Shown one piece after another: positions 18,778-27,107 of a stretch of DNA of 64,000 nt. This DNA is from an uncultured Phycisphaeraceae bacterium. Lineage in GTDB: Bacteria; Planctomycetota; Phycisphaerae; UBA1845. Each line of letters begins with the position of its first letter. Position 1 is the first letter of the stretch. The notes beneath the pieces were generated by a model. The model did not search any database. It had not been told where the DNA came from and was given only the letters and a program-made list of their open reading frames with translations. A program made the translations under genes and the position numbers. Where the stretch lies: NCBI GenBank assembly GCA_964648365.1, contig CAZYLK010000001.1:762-64761 (forward strand), written 5' to 3'.

Positions 18778-19008
18778 ATGGACTGGCGGAAACGAATCGT
18801 AGTAGACCCGGCCATCCTCGTCGGGAAGCCGGTGATCAAGGGGACACGAATCAGCGTGGAACTGGTGGTGGACTTGCTGGCGCGCGGATACACGATACAG
18901 GATGTGCTCCGACAGTATCCGCACATAACAGCGGAGGACGTACAGGCGTGCCTTGCGTACGCCAGCTACGTGCTGCGTTCGGAACGGGTCTACGCCCACC
19001 CCGCATGA
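18778..19008 (+). CDS. DUF433-type antitoxin
   Basis: MDWRKRIVVDPAILVGKPVIKGTRISVELVVDLLARGYT is the typical DUF433 signature. A DUF5615-like gene starts 12 nt downstream. Confidence 0.8.
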   Translation: MDWRKRIVVDPAILVGKPVIKGTRISVELVVDLLARGYTIQDVLRQYPHITAEDVQACLAYASYVLRSERVYAHPA

Positions 19009-19019
19009 TGAGGTGACGA

Positions 19020-19394
19020 ATGCGGTTCCTCGCGAACGAGAACTTTCCCGGCCCGGTGGTGGAGGCGCTCCGCAGTCGTGGCGAAGACGTGAGTTGGATC
19101 GCCCAGGAATCGCCTGGCGCTCGCGACGATGTTGTCTTGGCGCGGGCTCAGATGGAACAACGAATTCTGGTGACCTTTGACAAGGATTTCGGCGAGTTGG
19201 CGTTCAGGTCGCGCCTTCCCGCCGCATCTGGAGTCGTACTGTTTCGGCTCAACGGTGCCAGTCCGTCTGAAGACAATGCGCGGGCGTTGTCGGCGCTCGC
19301 CGAGCGACTGGACTGGGCCGGTCACTTCGCCGTCGTGCATGACGATCGCATTCGCATGCGACCCCTGCCGCACCTGCAGAATGAGGATCCTTGA
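19020..19394 (+). CDS. DUF5615-type PIN-like toxin
   Basis: MRFLANENFP...VLARAQMEQRILVTFDKDFGEL matches the pattern of Mut7-C/PIN-like partners of DUF433. Confidence 0.75.
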   Translation: MRFLANENFPGPVVEALRSRGEDVSWIAQESPGARDDVVLARAQMEQRILVTFDKDFGELAFRSRLPAASGVVLFRLNGASPSEDNARALSALAERLDWAGHFAVVHDDRIRMRPLPHLQNEDP

Positions 19395-19535
19395 TCGGCG
19401 TTGGCGGTCGAAGTCGTTGCGGCGGGCGCTGATCACGTCACGCCCATCATTGGGGGCGCGACGCCCCGCGCGGCGCTCGCATACGGCGCCGCGCGGGGAT
19501 ACCCACACACATGTTTCAGACGGGGCAGGGGGCGG

Positions 19536-20927
19536 CTACGGGAAAATCCCCCGCTCCTTGTAGATCTTCTCCAGCCGGCTCAGCGCCAGCACGTACGCGG
19601 CCGTGCGCCAATCAATCGACAGTTCGCGGGCCTTGTCGCGCACGCGATCGTAGGCGAGGTTCATCTTCTTTCGCAGCTTGAAGTCCACCTCTTCCAGATC
19701 CCAGAACTCGCTCCGCTTGTTCTGCAGCCACTCGAAGTAGCTGACCACCACGCCGCCCGCGTTGCACAGGATGTCCGGGACGACGTCGATGCCTTTCTTC
19801 TGCAGGATCTCGTCCGCTTCGGGTGTGGTCGGGCCGTTGGCCGCTTCGGCCACCACCGAGACGTTCAGCCAGGGGGCCGTGGTGGCGTTGATCTGGTTCT
19901 CCATGGCCGCGGGCACGAAGATGTCGGCCGGCGTCTGCATGAACATGATGTTGTCCACGAACTCGCCGCCGGGATAGCGGGCGACGCCGCCGTGAACGCT
20001 GACGTAGCGGAGCAGGTCTTCCGGGTCGAGGCCGTTGCGGTTGCGCACGCCTCCGGTCACATCCTGAACGGCGATCAACTTGGCGCCCATGCCGGCGATG
20101 AGGCGGGCCGCCCAGGAGCCGACGTTGCCGAACCCCTGCACGGTGAACGTCGCCTCTTCCAGCGGTCGGCGATGCTCCTGCGCCCAGCGCTGCACACAGT
20201 ACGCGACGCCCTGGCCGGTGGCCTTGTCGCGCCCGGCGCTGCCGCCGGCCGCCACCGGCTTGCCCGTGACGACGTGGACGTGTCGCTGCCGTTCGTGCGG
20301 GGGCAGCGTGGACAGATACGTGTCCAGGATCCACGCCATGATCTGCGGATTCGTGTTCACGTCCGGGGCGGGGATGTCGTAGTCAGGCCCGATGTTGTCG
20401 CCCAATGCGTAGGCGAATCGCCGCGTGATGCGTTCCAACTGCGTGGCGGAGTACTTCGACGGGTCGATCTGGATGCCCCCCTTGGCCCCGCCGAACGGGA
20501 TGTCGACCAGGGCGCACTTGAAGGTCATCCACGCCGCCAGTGCCCGGGCTTCGTCGATGTCGAGTTGCGGATGAAACCGCAGCCCGCCCTTGAAGGGACC
20601 GAGCGCGTCGTTGTGCTGCACGCGATAGCCGGTGAAGACCTCGACGTCACAGCCGTTCATCTTCACCGGGAAGTTGACGACGATTTCGTTTTCGGTGCTG
20701 CCGATGATCTTCCGGATATTGGGATCGAGCCGCATGAGGTCCGCCGCCCGGTCGAGCCGCGTCATCACGTCGGCGAACAGCGACCGCGGCGCCGCGGGCG
20801 CGGCCGGGGGGGGCGGCGGCTGTGGTGCGCGCGGCCGATCGTCCCTGGGTTCCACGCGAGGCGCTTTTCGTTCCTCGAGCACGCCGGGTGACGTGCTCGA
20901 CTGTTCGATGATGGTATGCGTTGCCAT
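19536..20927 (-). CDS. gdhA: Glutamate dehydrogenase (Glu/Leu/Phe/Val dehydrogenase family)
   Basis: GPFKGGLRFHP and IPFGGAKGG motifs. The start was set to ATG 20927. About 45 aa of N-terminal Pro-rich extension remain. Confidence 0.9.
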   Translation of the reverse strand: MATHTIIEQSSTSPGVLEERKAPRVEPRDDRPRAPQPPPPPAAPAAPRSLFADVMTRLDRAADLMRLDPNIRKIIGSTENEIVVNFPVKMNGCDVEVFTGYRVQHNDALGPFKGGLRFHPQLDIDEARALAAWMTFKCALVDIPFGGAKGGIQIDPSKYSATQLERITRRFAYALGDNIGPDYDIPAPDVNTNPQIMAWILDTYLSTLPPHERQRHVHVVTGKPVAAGGSAGRDKATGQGVAYCVQRWAQEHRRPLEEATFTVQGFGNVGSWAARLIAGMGAKLIAVQDVTGGVRNRNGLDPEDLLRYVSVHGGVARYPGGEFVDNIMFMQTPADIFVPAAMENQINATTAPWLNVSVVAEAANGPTTPEADEILQKKGIDVVPDILCNAGGVVVSYFEWLQNKRSEFWDLEEVDFKLRKKMNLAYDRVRDKARELSIDWRTAAYVLALSRLEKIYKERGIFP

Positions 20928-21049
20928 GGCATCAACTGCCTTTCTGGACGGATGCAGCGGGCCGGCCACACCGGGTCGCACCGCTGCATCCGGGTTTGTG
21001 TTTTTCTTTCGGTCGGCGAACCCCGTACCGGCACGCTGCGCGGCGTGCG

Positions 21050-21469
21050 TTATTCGAACTCCTCGCAGTGCCACACGCCGCCTTCAGGACGGGGGTATGT
21101 GCAACTGTCGCGCTTGACGCAGGTGGCGCACAGCCCGCGAGCCCGCGATTCGGCGCCGAGTTCGAGCTGCGACGCCGCGATCGGCTCCGACCGCCGCATG
21201 GCGACCGGCGCCTGAATGCCGTCGAACTCGTCACAGAAGATCACCGGCCGGACGGCGCCGAGTCGATAGGTACAGGTCCGCGCCAGCGTGCAGCTTATGC
21301 ACAAGCCGCGCGGCACGTCCGGTTCGGGTCGCGTGCTACGGCGCTCCTCGGACGCGGCCGGCGACGTGGACGGGGCCGGTGCGGCGGGCGCCGTCTCCCG
21401 CGGGCGATCCGCCGGGCTGACCCGTTTCCGGTGGATGACAGTCGTTGCTTGAGTCTTCGGGTCGTACAT
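21050..21469 (-). CDS. Small protein with two copies of a 4-Cys motif (GLCxxCxxxxxCTY...C[DE]EF[DE]), function unknown
   Basis: 139-aa ORF. The two copies are RGLCISCTLARTCTYRLGAVRPVIFCDEFD and RGLCATCVKRDSCTYPRPEGGVWHCEEFE. GGAGG lies 7 nt before the ATG. Confidence 0.6.
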   Translation of the reverse strand: MYDPKTQATTVIHRKRVSPADRPRETAPAAPAPSTSPAASEERRSTRPEPDVPRGLCISCTLARTCTYRLGAVRPVIFCDEFDGIQAPVAMRRSEPIAASQLELGAESRARGLCATCVKRDSCTYPRPEGGVWHCEEFE

Positions 21470-21470
21470 C

Positions 21471-21560
21471 GCACACCTCCAGGTCGATCCTCATGGATCA
21501 TCCGACGGTCTCGAATCGCAACATCGACGGCCGTCAACGGTAAATGGGCAGGAGGTGTGC
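21471..21560 (-). promoter_or_regulatory. Possible SD-sequestering stem in the 5' leader of the Cys-rich gene
   Basis: Perfect 10-nt inverted repeat: gcacacctcc (21471-21480) and ggaggtgtgc (21551-21560). In mRNA sense the upstream arm GCACACCTCC can pair with the GGAGGTGTGC that contains the RBS. Confidence 0.3.
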
Positions 21561-21834
21561 CGGGGGAAGGGGTGATAAACGCATCCGTGCCGCGAACGGC
21601 GGCAGGCGGGTTAACGCCTTGAATTGAAGCAGGTTACGAGCGCGCGCCCGTTTGCGATGCTGCGCGAGACTGCGATGCCGAATGGCTGGGAAGGCGGGGC
21701 GAAATGTACCGGCGGGGAGTAGCGCACCGCGCGGCGTTCGCGCGATGGCTCAGCGGATCAGGTCGACTTCTAACGGCCGGCCCGTACCCGTCCTCGCGTG
21801 GAACCTCGCTACCCGTCCGCGGCCGACCGCTGCC

Positions 21835-22248
21835 TCATGACAGAGCAGACGCCGTTGGTACGAAGCTCGTCACCGCGGCGATCTCCTGCGCGATCGACTT
21901 CTGCGCCGGCTTGTCGCCGGGCCAGCCGGATACATCGGCGTGGTTCGGGTTGCCCTCGATGGGCGCCGCTCTGACAACGAGTTGATGCTTCAAGCAGACA
22001 GCGGTACGAAAGTCGCCCCGCCCATAGAGGGTCCTGCCTCTCGCCCCGGCGATTTGCTGTCCTACCGACCAAACTTCGGCGTCGGTCGCGAGGATGTGCC
22101 GGGTAACGGACAGATCCGTGTGAGGATGGGGGATGAACGCATCGGGCTTCAGGGTCTGATCGCTGCCGCGAATGTGGCTTCGCTGAAGGACGTATCGCGC
22201 CAACAACTCATCGCTTCCCACATCAGGTACGTTCGCCGGGTCGATCAT
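21835..22248 (-). CDS. Hypothetical protein, third gene of overlapping three-gene cassette
   Basis: The start ATG 22248 overlaps the upstream stop (ATGA). The 137-aa sequence runs MIDPANVPDVGSDELLARYVLQRSHIR...NPNHADVSGWPGDKPAQKSIAQEIA. I cannot name a family. Confidence 0.6.
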   Translation of the reverse strand: MIDPANVPDVGSDELLARYVLQRSHIRGSDQTLKPDAFIPHPHTDLSVTRHILATDAEVWSVGQQIAGARGRTLYGRGDFRTAVCLKHQLVVRAAPIEGNPNHADVSGWPGDKPAQKSIAQEIAAVTSFVPTASALS

Positions 22249-22697
22249 GCGGCGTAGACCCTCTGGATCAACTCGATGATCTCTGTGGGAACGTCGCCAA
22301 AGAAGACTTGTGTCCCGTAGACTCGATTGGGTCCGATCAACGCGGCGAAGTGCAGTTCGTCGTCGGGACTGACGCTCACGGACAGCGTTCGGCGGGCCGA
22401 CCGATGCCACTCAAATGTAATCTCGCCGTCCGGCTCGGCGCCGACTGAGGGAGCGGGATAGCCAAGCGGGAATGATTCGAGGAAGAGATACGCATTTCGC
22501 AACGCGCAGGGCGCGACGGGAAGCGCATCGTGGCCATCCCAGTTCGGCTCGCGACATTCCTCCCAGACGGTCCCCAACTCATCTCGGAGTGCGCTCGCGA
22601 TGCCGAACACGTTTGACGTGTGTAGTTCACGGCGACTGAGCCGCGTGGAATCCTCAACGTACTGCGCCGCGTCACTGAATCCACAAGTATATATCAT
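22245..22697 (-). CDS. Hypothetical protein, second gene of three-gene cassette
   Basis: 150-aa ORF with ATGA overlaps at both ends. It contains EPNWDGHDALPV and PDGEITFEW segments. I cannot name a family. Confidence 0.6.
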   Translation of the reverse strand: MIYTCGFSDAAQYVEDSTRLSRRELHTSNVFGIASALRDELGTVWEECREPNWDGHDALPVAPCALRNAYLFLESFPLGYPAPSVGAEPDGEITFEWHRSARRTLSVSVSPDDELHFAALIGPNRVYGTQVFFGDVPTEIIELIQRVYAA

Positions 22698-23455
22698 TGC
22701 TTCTGTCGCTTGAACGAGTTAATCGCCGCTTTGCTCATGAGGCTGAAGAACGCCTTGTTCTTGAACCATCTCATCTTGGGCAGTAGCTCCTGTAGGATAC
22801 CATCGTCCGGCGGAAATCCACGCGTCGTGAACACATCGATGTCAACGATCAGTCCGACTCCGCCACTTCCTGGAGGGACCGGTGGTTGGATCGCCTGCAC
22901 AACCTTGATTCGCAGGGGCTCATTCGGAATGTCGTGCAGACTCTGATACAAGAAACTGCTTAGCGGCAGTCCCAAGGGCTCCAGGCACTGTGGCGGCGAC
23001 GCGAGACTGCGAGCCACCGCAGGCAGCTCGATCGGGAGGACGCGATTGATGAACCTTACGCCGAGCCTCTGGATCTCGGTAGGTTGGGCCAACTCCAAGA
23101 AGACCCGCCAGACGCGCTGGCCTTCTGCGGCGAAAGCGTCCCAGCGCTCGTAGGGCGTCAGTCGGCTGAATGCCACGCCGTCCCGTGTAAACTGGACGAT
23201 CTGCCGGCCATCCTCCGAGGTCAGCCGAAGTCCGTGCCCGGTATCGCGCCGAAGAACCGTCGAAGCAGACTCGCCTTCTAGCTGTGCCTGGAACTCGAGG
23301 TAATGCTGGGGTTGGCACTTAGGATACTCCGGAAGGCGCCGAGTGAGTAGTTCCTGTAGTTCGTGCGGCTGCAGCGATCTCGCCGCCCTCGCTCGCCAGT
23401 GAATAACGGCCTCGACTATCGGCGCGGCGGTCAGATTGGGAAAGGTCTCAGCCAT
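22694..23455 (-). CDS. TIGR04255-like uncharacterised protein, first gene of three-gene cassette
   Basis: MAETFPNLTAAPIVEAVIHWRARA..., Y.RW.AF and RLGVRFINRV segments resemble the TIGR04255 family pattern. This rests on recollection, not a search. The start was set to ATG 23455. Confidence 0.55.
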   Translation of the reverse strand: MAETFPNLTAAPIVEAVIHWRARAARSLQPHELQELLTRRLPEYPKCQPQHYLEFQAQLEGESASTVLRRDTGHGLRLTSEDGRQIVQFTRDGVAFSRLTPYERWDAFAAEGQRVWRVFLELAQPTEIQRLGVRFINRVLPIELPAVARSLASPPQCLEPLGLPLSSFLYQSLHDIPNEPLRIKVVQAIQPPVPPGSGGVGLIVDIDVFTTRGFPPDDGILQELLPKMRWFKNKAFFSLMSKAAINSFKRQKQ

Positions 23456-23662
23456 GTCGAGTTTGAACTTCGGAACTCGCGAACGCGAGGTACGGCCGGC
23501 CGTGCTCGCCCCCACCGTTCGTGTCCGGCGCCTGTCCCCTGCCGCCTGTCGTGCCGGGCGCTTCCCCATCGTCGATTCTCTACTGGCCATCGTCGTATCA
23601 TAGCCTTATCGGGAACTCCGCTCCAACGCGCTGACCGCGTCATCGATCAGGCGCGCTTCCAG

Positions 23663-25009
23663 TCAGTCCCCGCCCTCCTCCACCGCCTTCAGCTTCTCCC
23701 GCAGCGTCTTGCGGTCGATGCCGAGCAGTTCGGCGGCGCGGGTCTTGTTGCCCTGCACAGCGTCGAGGACGAAGCGGATGTGGTTCATCTCGACTTCGGC
23801 CAGCGTGGTGATCTCGCGCGGCGGGCCGGCGGCGGAGAAGCGCATCAGCGCGGGCAGGTCGCTGACGTCGATCGTGTCCGAGTCGGCCATGACCACCAGC
23901 CGGTGGACGACGTTTTCCAGTTCGCGCACGTTGCCCGGCCAGTTGTGGCCGCGCAGGGCTTCGATGGCCGCGGGCGTGAACTGCGGCACGGGCTTGTCCT
24001 GCTGCCGGGCGAAGCCGGCCGCGAACCGGTGCAGCAGCGCCAGCACGTCGTCACCGCGCTCGCGCAGCGGCGGCAGTTCGAGCGTGACGATGTTGAGGCG
24101 GAAGAAGAGGTCGTCGCGGAAGAGGCCCTTTTTCACCAGGGTTGCCAGGTCTTTGTTGGTGGCGGCGATGATGCGGACGTCCACCTCGCGCGGCCGGGCG
24201 GCGCCGACCATCTGCACCTGCCGGTCCTCGATGACGCGCAGCAGCTTGGCCTGCATCGGCATGGTCAGCTCGGCGATCTCGTCGAGGAAAATCGTGCCGT
24301 GATCGGCGGTGATGAAAAAGCCCGCCCGCGTGGTGACCGCGCCGGTGAACGCGCCCTTCACGTGTCCGAACAGTTCGCTTTCGACCAATCCGTCCGGAAT
24401 GCCGGCGCAGTTGACGGGCACGAAGGGCGCGGCCGCGCGTGCGCCGTGATAGTGAATCGCCCGCGACACCAGTTCCTTGCCGGTGCCGCTCTCGCCGGTC
24501 ACCAGGACGGTCGCATCGGCCGCGGCCGCCTTGGCGATGGCGCGAAACACCTTGCGCATGACGGGCGAGTCGCCGACGATGCCGAACTGCTCGCCGAGGG
24601 CGTGGTCGAAATCAGCCAGCGCCGCCCGCCGCAGACGGACCTTCTCCAGGGCGCTGCCCACGGCCGCCAGCAACTCCTCGTCCGTAAATGGCTTGGACAG
24701 ATAATCCTCGGCGCCCTCTTTGACCGCGGACACGGCGCTGTCGATCGAGGCATAGCCGGTGATCATGATGACGGCGGTGAACTCGAAATGGGCGCGGACG
24801 TGGCGGATCAGGTCCAGCCCGGTTGCCTTCGGCATGCGCAGATCCGTGATGACCAGGTCGATCGGCATGGTCTCGAGCATGCGCACCGCTTCCGCCACGC
24901 CGCTGGTGGCAAAGACGGTGTAGCCGCGCGTCGACAGCGTCCGCTGCAAGACCTCGCGGGCGTCTGCCGAGTCATCCACCACCAGGATGCGTTCGCCGCG
25001 GTCCGTCAT
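23663..25009 (-). CDS. Sigma-54-dependent response regulator (NtrC family: REC + AAA+ + Fis-HTH)
   Basis: REC domain (ILVVDD...[10 protein letters not shown]). Walker [15 protein letters not shown] loop (HVKGAFTGA). C-terminal [22 protein letters not shown]. Confidence 0.92.
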   Translation of the reverse strand: MTDRGERILVVDDSADAREVLQRTLSTRGYTVFATSGVAEAVRMLETMPIDLVITDLRMPKATGLDLIRHVRAHFEFTAVIMITGYASIDSAVSAVKEGAEDYLSKPFTDEELLAAVGSALEKVRLRRAALADFDHALGEQFGIVGDSPVMRKVFRAIAKAAAADATVLVTGESGTGKELVSRAIHYHGARAAAPFVPVNCAGIPDGLVESELFGHVKGAFTGAVTTRAGFFITADHGTIFLDEIAELTMPMQAKLLRVIEDRQVQMVGAARPREVDVRIIAATNKDLATLVKKGLFRDDLFFRLNIVTLELPPLRERGDDVLALLHRFAAGFARQQDKPVPQFTPAAIEALRGHNWPGNVRELENVVHRLVVMADSDTIDVSDLPALMRFSAAGPPREITTLAEVEMNHIRFVLDAVQGNKTRAAELLGIDRKTLREKLKAVEEGGD

Positions 25010-26724
25010 GGGCTCGCCTCCTGTGCAGATCCGAACTTCGGAAAGCGGCAGGTCACCGTCGTGCCCTCGCCCGGTGTGCTCTGAACCGCGATCGTCCCGC
25101 CGTGCGCGGTGACGATCCCATGCACGACGCTCAGCCCCAGGCCCGTTCCCTCGCCGACGTCTTTGGTGGTGTAGAACGGCGTAAAGAGATTCGCCAGCGC
25201 CTGCTGGTCCATGCCGACCCCGGTATCTGCGACGGTCAGCACGACCACGTCTGCCTCGGCTTCAACGGTCACCTTCAACGCCCCGCCTCCCGGCATGGCC
25301 TGGACCGCATTGAGCGCCAGATTCAGCACGACCTGGCGAAGCTGCACGGCGTCGCCCCTGATCGTTGTGGCCGCTTCGCCTGCTGAAACCGTCAACGCGA
25401 CGCCCGCCGCCGCGCAGCGCGCCTCCACCATCGAAAGCGCCTCGCCCACGACGCGCGGCACGTCCACTTCGGCCGACTTCATCGGCTCCTGCCGGGCGAA
25501 CAGCACCAGCTTGCGCACGATCTCGCGGGCGTGCAGCGAAGCGGTGACGATCCTGTCGATGTCCTGACGCTGCCCCTCGGGGATGGCCGGCGAGCCGCGC
25601 AGAAGCTGGGCGAAGCCCAGGATGCTGCCCAGCGGCTCGTTGATCTCGTGGGCGACTCCCGCCGCAAGCTGACCGATCAGCGACAACCGGTCGGCGTGCC
25701 GCAGCCGTGCTTCAAGCTGCTGCCGCTGTTGCCGCAATTCGTTTCGTTCAACGGACTGGGCGATCTCGCGGGCGATGCCGTCGATCAGACTGCGCTCCTC
25801 GGCCAGAAAAGGGCTGCTGACGAACTCGGGGCGGTGATTGTGATACGCGACCTCGACTCGTCCGCACGTCGCCCCGCCGATGACGATGGGCGCATCGATC
25901 CGGTGCGGCGTCCCGGCGATCGAGCCGGTCTCGTATACCCGCCCGCGCAGTTCGATGCGGGCGACCGCCGCTTCCGGATACTGCCAGGCGGCCGGCAGGC
26001 GCTCCACGATGCGCTGCAGTCGTTCTTCCTCGGGCCGGTCCGTATCCGCGTTGATCTGCGAGATCTGATAAAGACAGGTCAGCTCTTTGACGCGTTCGCG
26101 CAGCGACGCCTGAGCGCGGCGATCGGCGATGGCCAGCGCCAGCGTCTGGGCGACGGATTCGAACAGTTCGATGCTCTCCGGGCTGAAGAAGTTCGCGGCC
26201 GCACTGCCCAGCGACAGCGTGCCGCGGTCGGCCGTGTTGAGGTCGAACGGGACGATCAGCAGCGAGCGCATTGACGCCCGTTCCACATCCGCCGTCGCCG
26301 TCTCGCCGCCCGGCGCTGCGCCGCCGGGTGCGGAGCCGTCGAGCGCCCGCAGCACCTGCGGCAGGTCGCCCGTCCAGAAGCTGCCGTGCCGGGTCATGCA
26401 GGGCGCCGTGCGGTCCAGTTCGCCACGCGACACGGCCTCGACCAGCCGGCCGACCACCGCGCACTCGTGAGCGCCCTGCGGATCGTAGCCGAACGATTCC
26501 GGAGGTCCGGCCTCGGCCGCCCACCGGAACGTGAAGTCCGGGTTCTTCAACCAGATGTCGAGCCGGTCGCACCGGCTGAACCGCAAGAGGATGCGCGACA
26601 CGTCGCGAAGGAACTCGAATCGCGGCGAACCCAGGTTGGCCAGATGCAGAATGGTCCGCGACAGCGCGATGAAGTCGCGCGGCGCCGGCTCGACGGCGGC
26701 TGGGTTGGCTGGAGCGGGCTTCAC
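25006..26724 (-). CDS. Sensor histidine kinase with GAF-like N-terminal regions
   Basis: H-box VAHEINEPLGSILGF and ATPase boxes DTGVGM and GTGLGLS. It has a 4-nt overlap with the regulator gene. The start is uncertain: GTG 26724 was chosen because ORF sequence up to 27072 is R/P-rich and looks non-coding. Confidence 0.75.
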   Translation of the reverse strand: MKPAPANPAAVEPAPRDFIALSRTILHLANLGSPRFEFLRDVSRILLRFSRCDRLDIWLKNPDFTFRWAAEAGPPESFGYDPQGAHECAVVGRLVEAVSRGELDRTAPCMTRHGSFWTGDLPQVLRALDGSAPGGAAPGGETATADVERASMRSLLIVPFDLNTADRGTLSLGSAAANFFSPESIELFESVAQTLALAIADRRAQASLRERVKELTCLYQISQINADTDRPEEERLQRIVERLPAAWQYPEAAVARIELRGRVYETGSIAGTPHRIDAPIVIGGATCGRVEVAYHNHRPEFVSSPFLAEERSLIDGIAREIAQSVERNELRQQRQQLEARLRHADRLSLIGQLAAGVAHEINEPLGSILGFAQLLRGSPAIPEGQRQDIDRIVTASLHAREIVRKLVLFARQEPMKSAEVDVPRVVGEALSMVEARCAAAGVALTVSAGEAATTIRGDAVQLRQVVLNLALNAVQAMPGGGALKVTVEAEADVVVLTVADTGVGMDQQALANLFTPFYTTKDVGEGTGLGLSVVHGIVTAHGGTIAVQSTPGEGTTVTCRFPKFGSAQEASP

Positions 26725-27107
26725 GATGCAGCTTCCAACACGTCGGGCGATCCGCAGACGACGGATGGCGTGCGAAGCGCCCTCCGGCCGCGGCCGTGCA
26801 AATCCACGCTGATCCGGGCGTTTCGCCCGCGGGCACGATTCGCCGGACAATCTAACGCTGGTTGATAAGGAGCGAAACGGTGTTGCCTTCGCTGGCGGCG
26901 ATACACAGATCCAGATCGCCCTCGCCACCGAGATCCCCGGTGGCGAGGGCGACGGGCGTGCGCCCGACGCCGGACGGGGTCCGGCTTCGCCGCCGCCCGC
27001 CTCCCGAAGCCTCCGACGGACGACCCGGCGCGACAGGTCGGGCGCTCCGCGGGGGGGATGAAGGCTGCGCAAAAAAACAGGCGTCTGCGGACCGGCGGTC
27101 GGTTATC

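Noticed and set aside
26725-27072. N-terminal 116 codons of the histidine kinase ORF
   Set aside because: The region is R/P/S-rich and non-protein-like and begins with TTG. It is more likely the divergent promoter region shared with the Ser/Thr kinase gene. The true kinase start remains uncertain.
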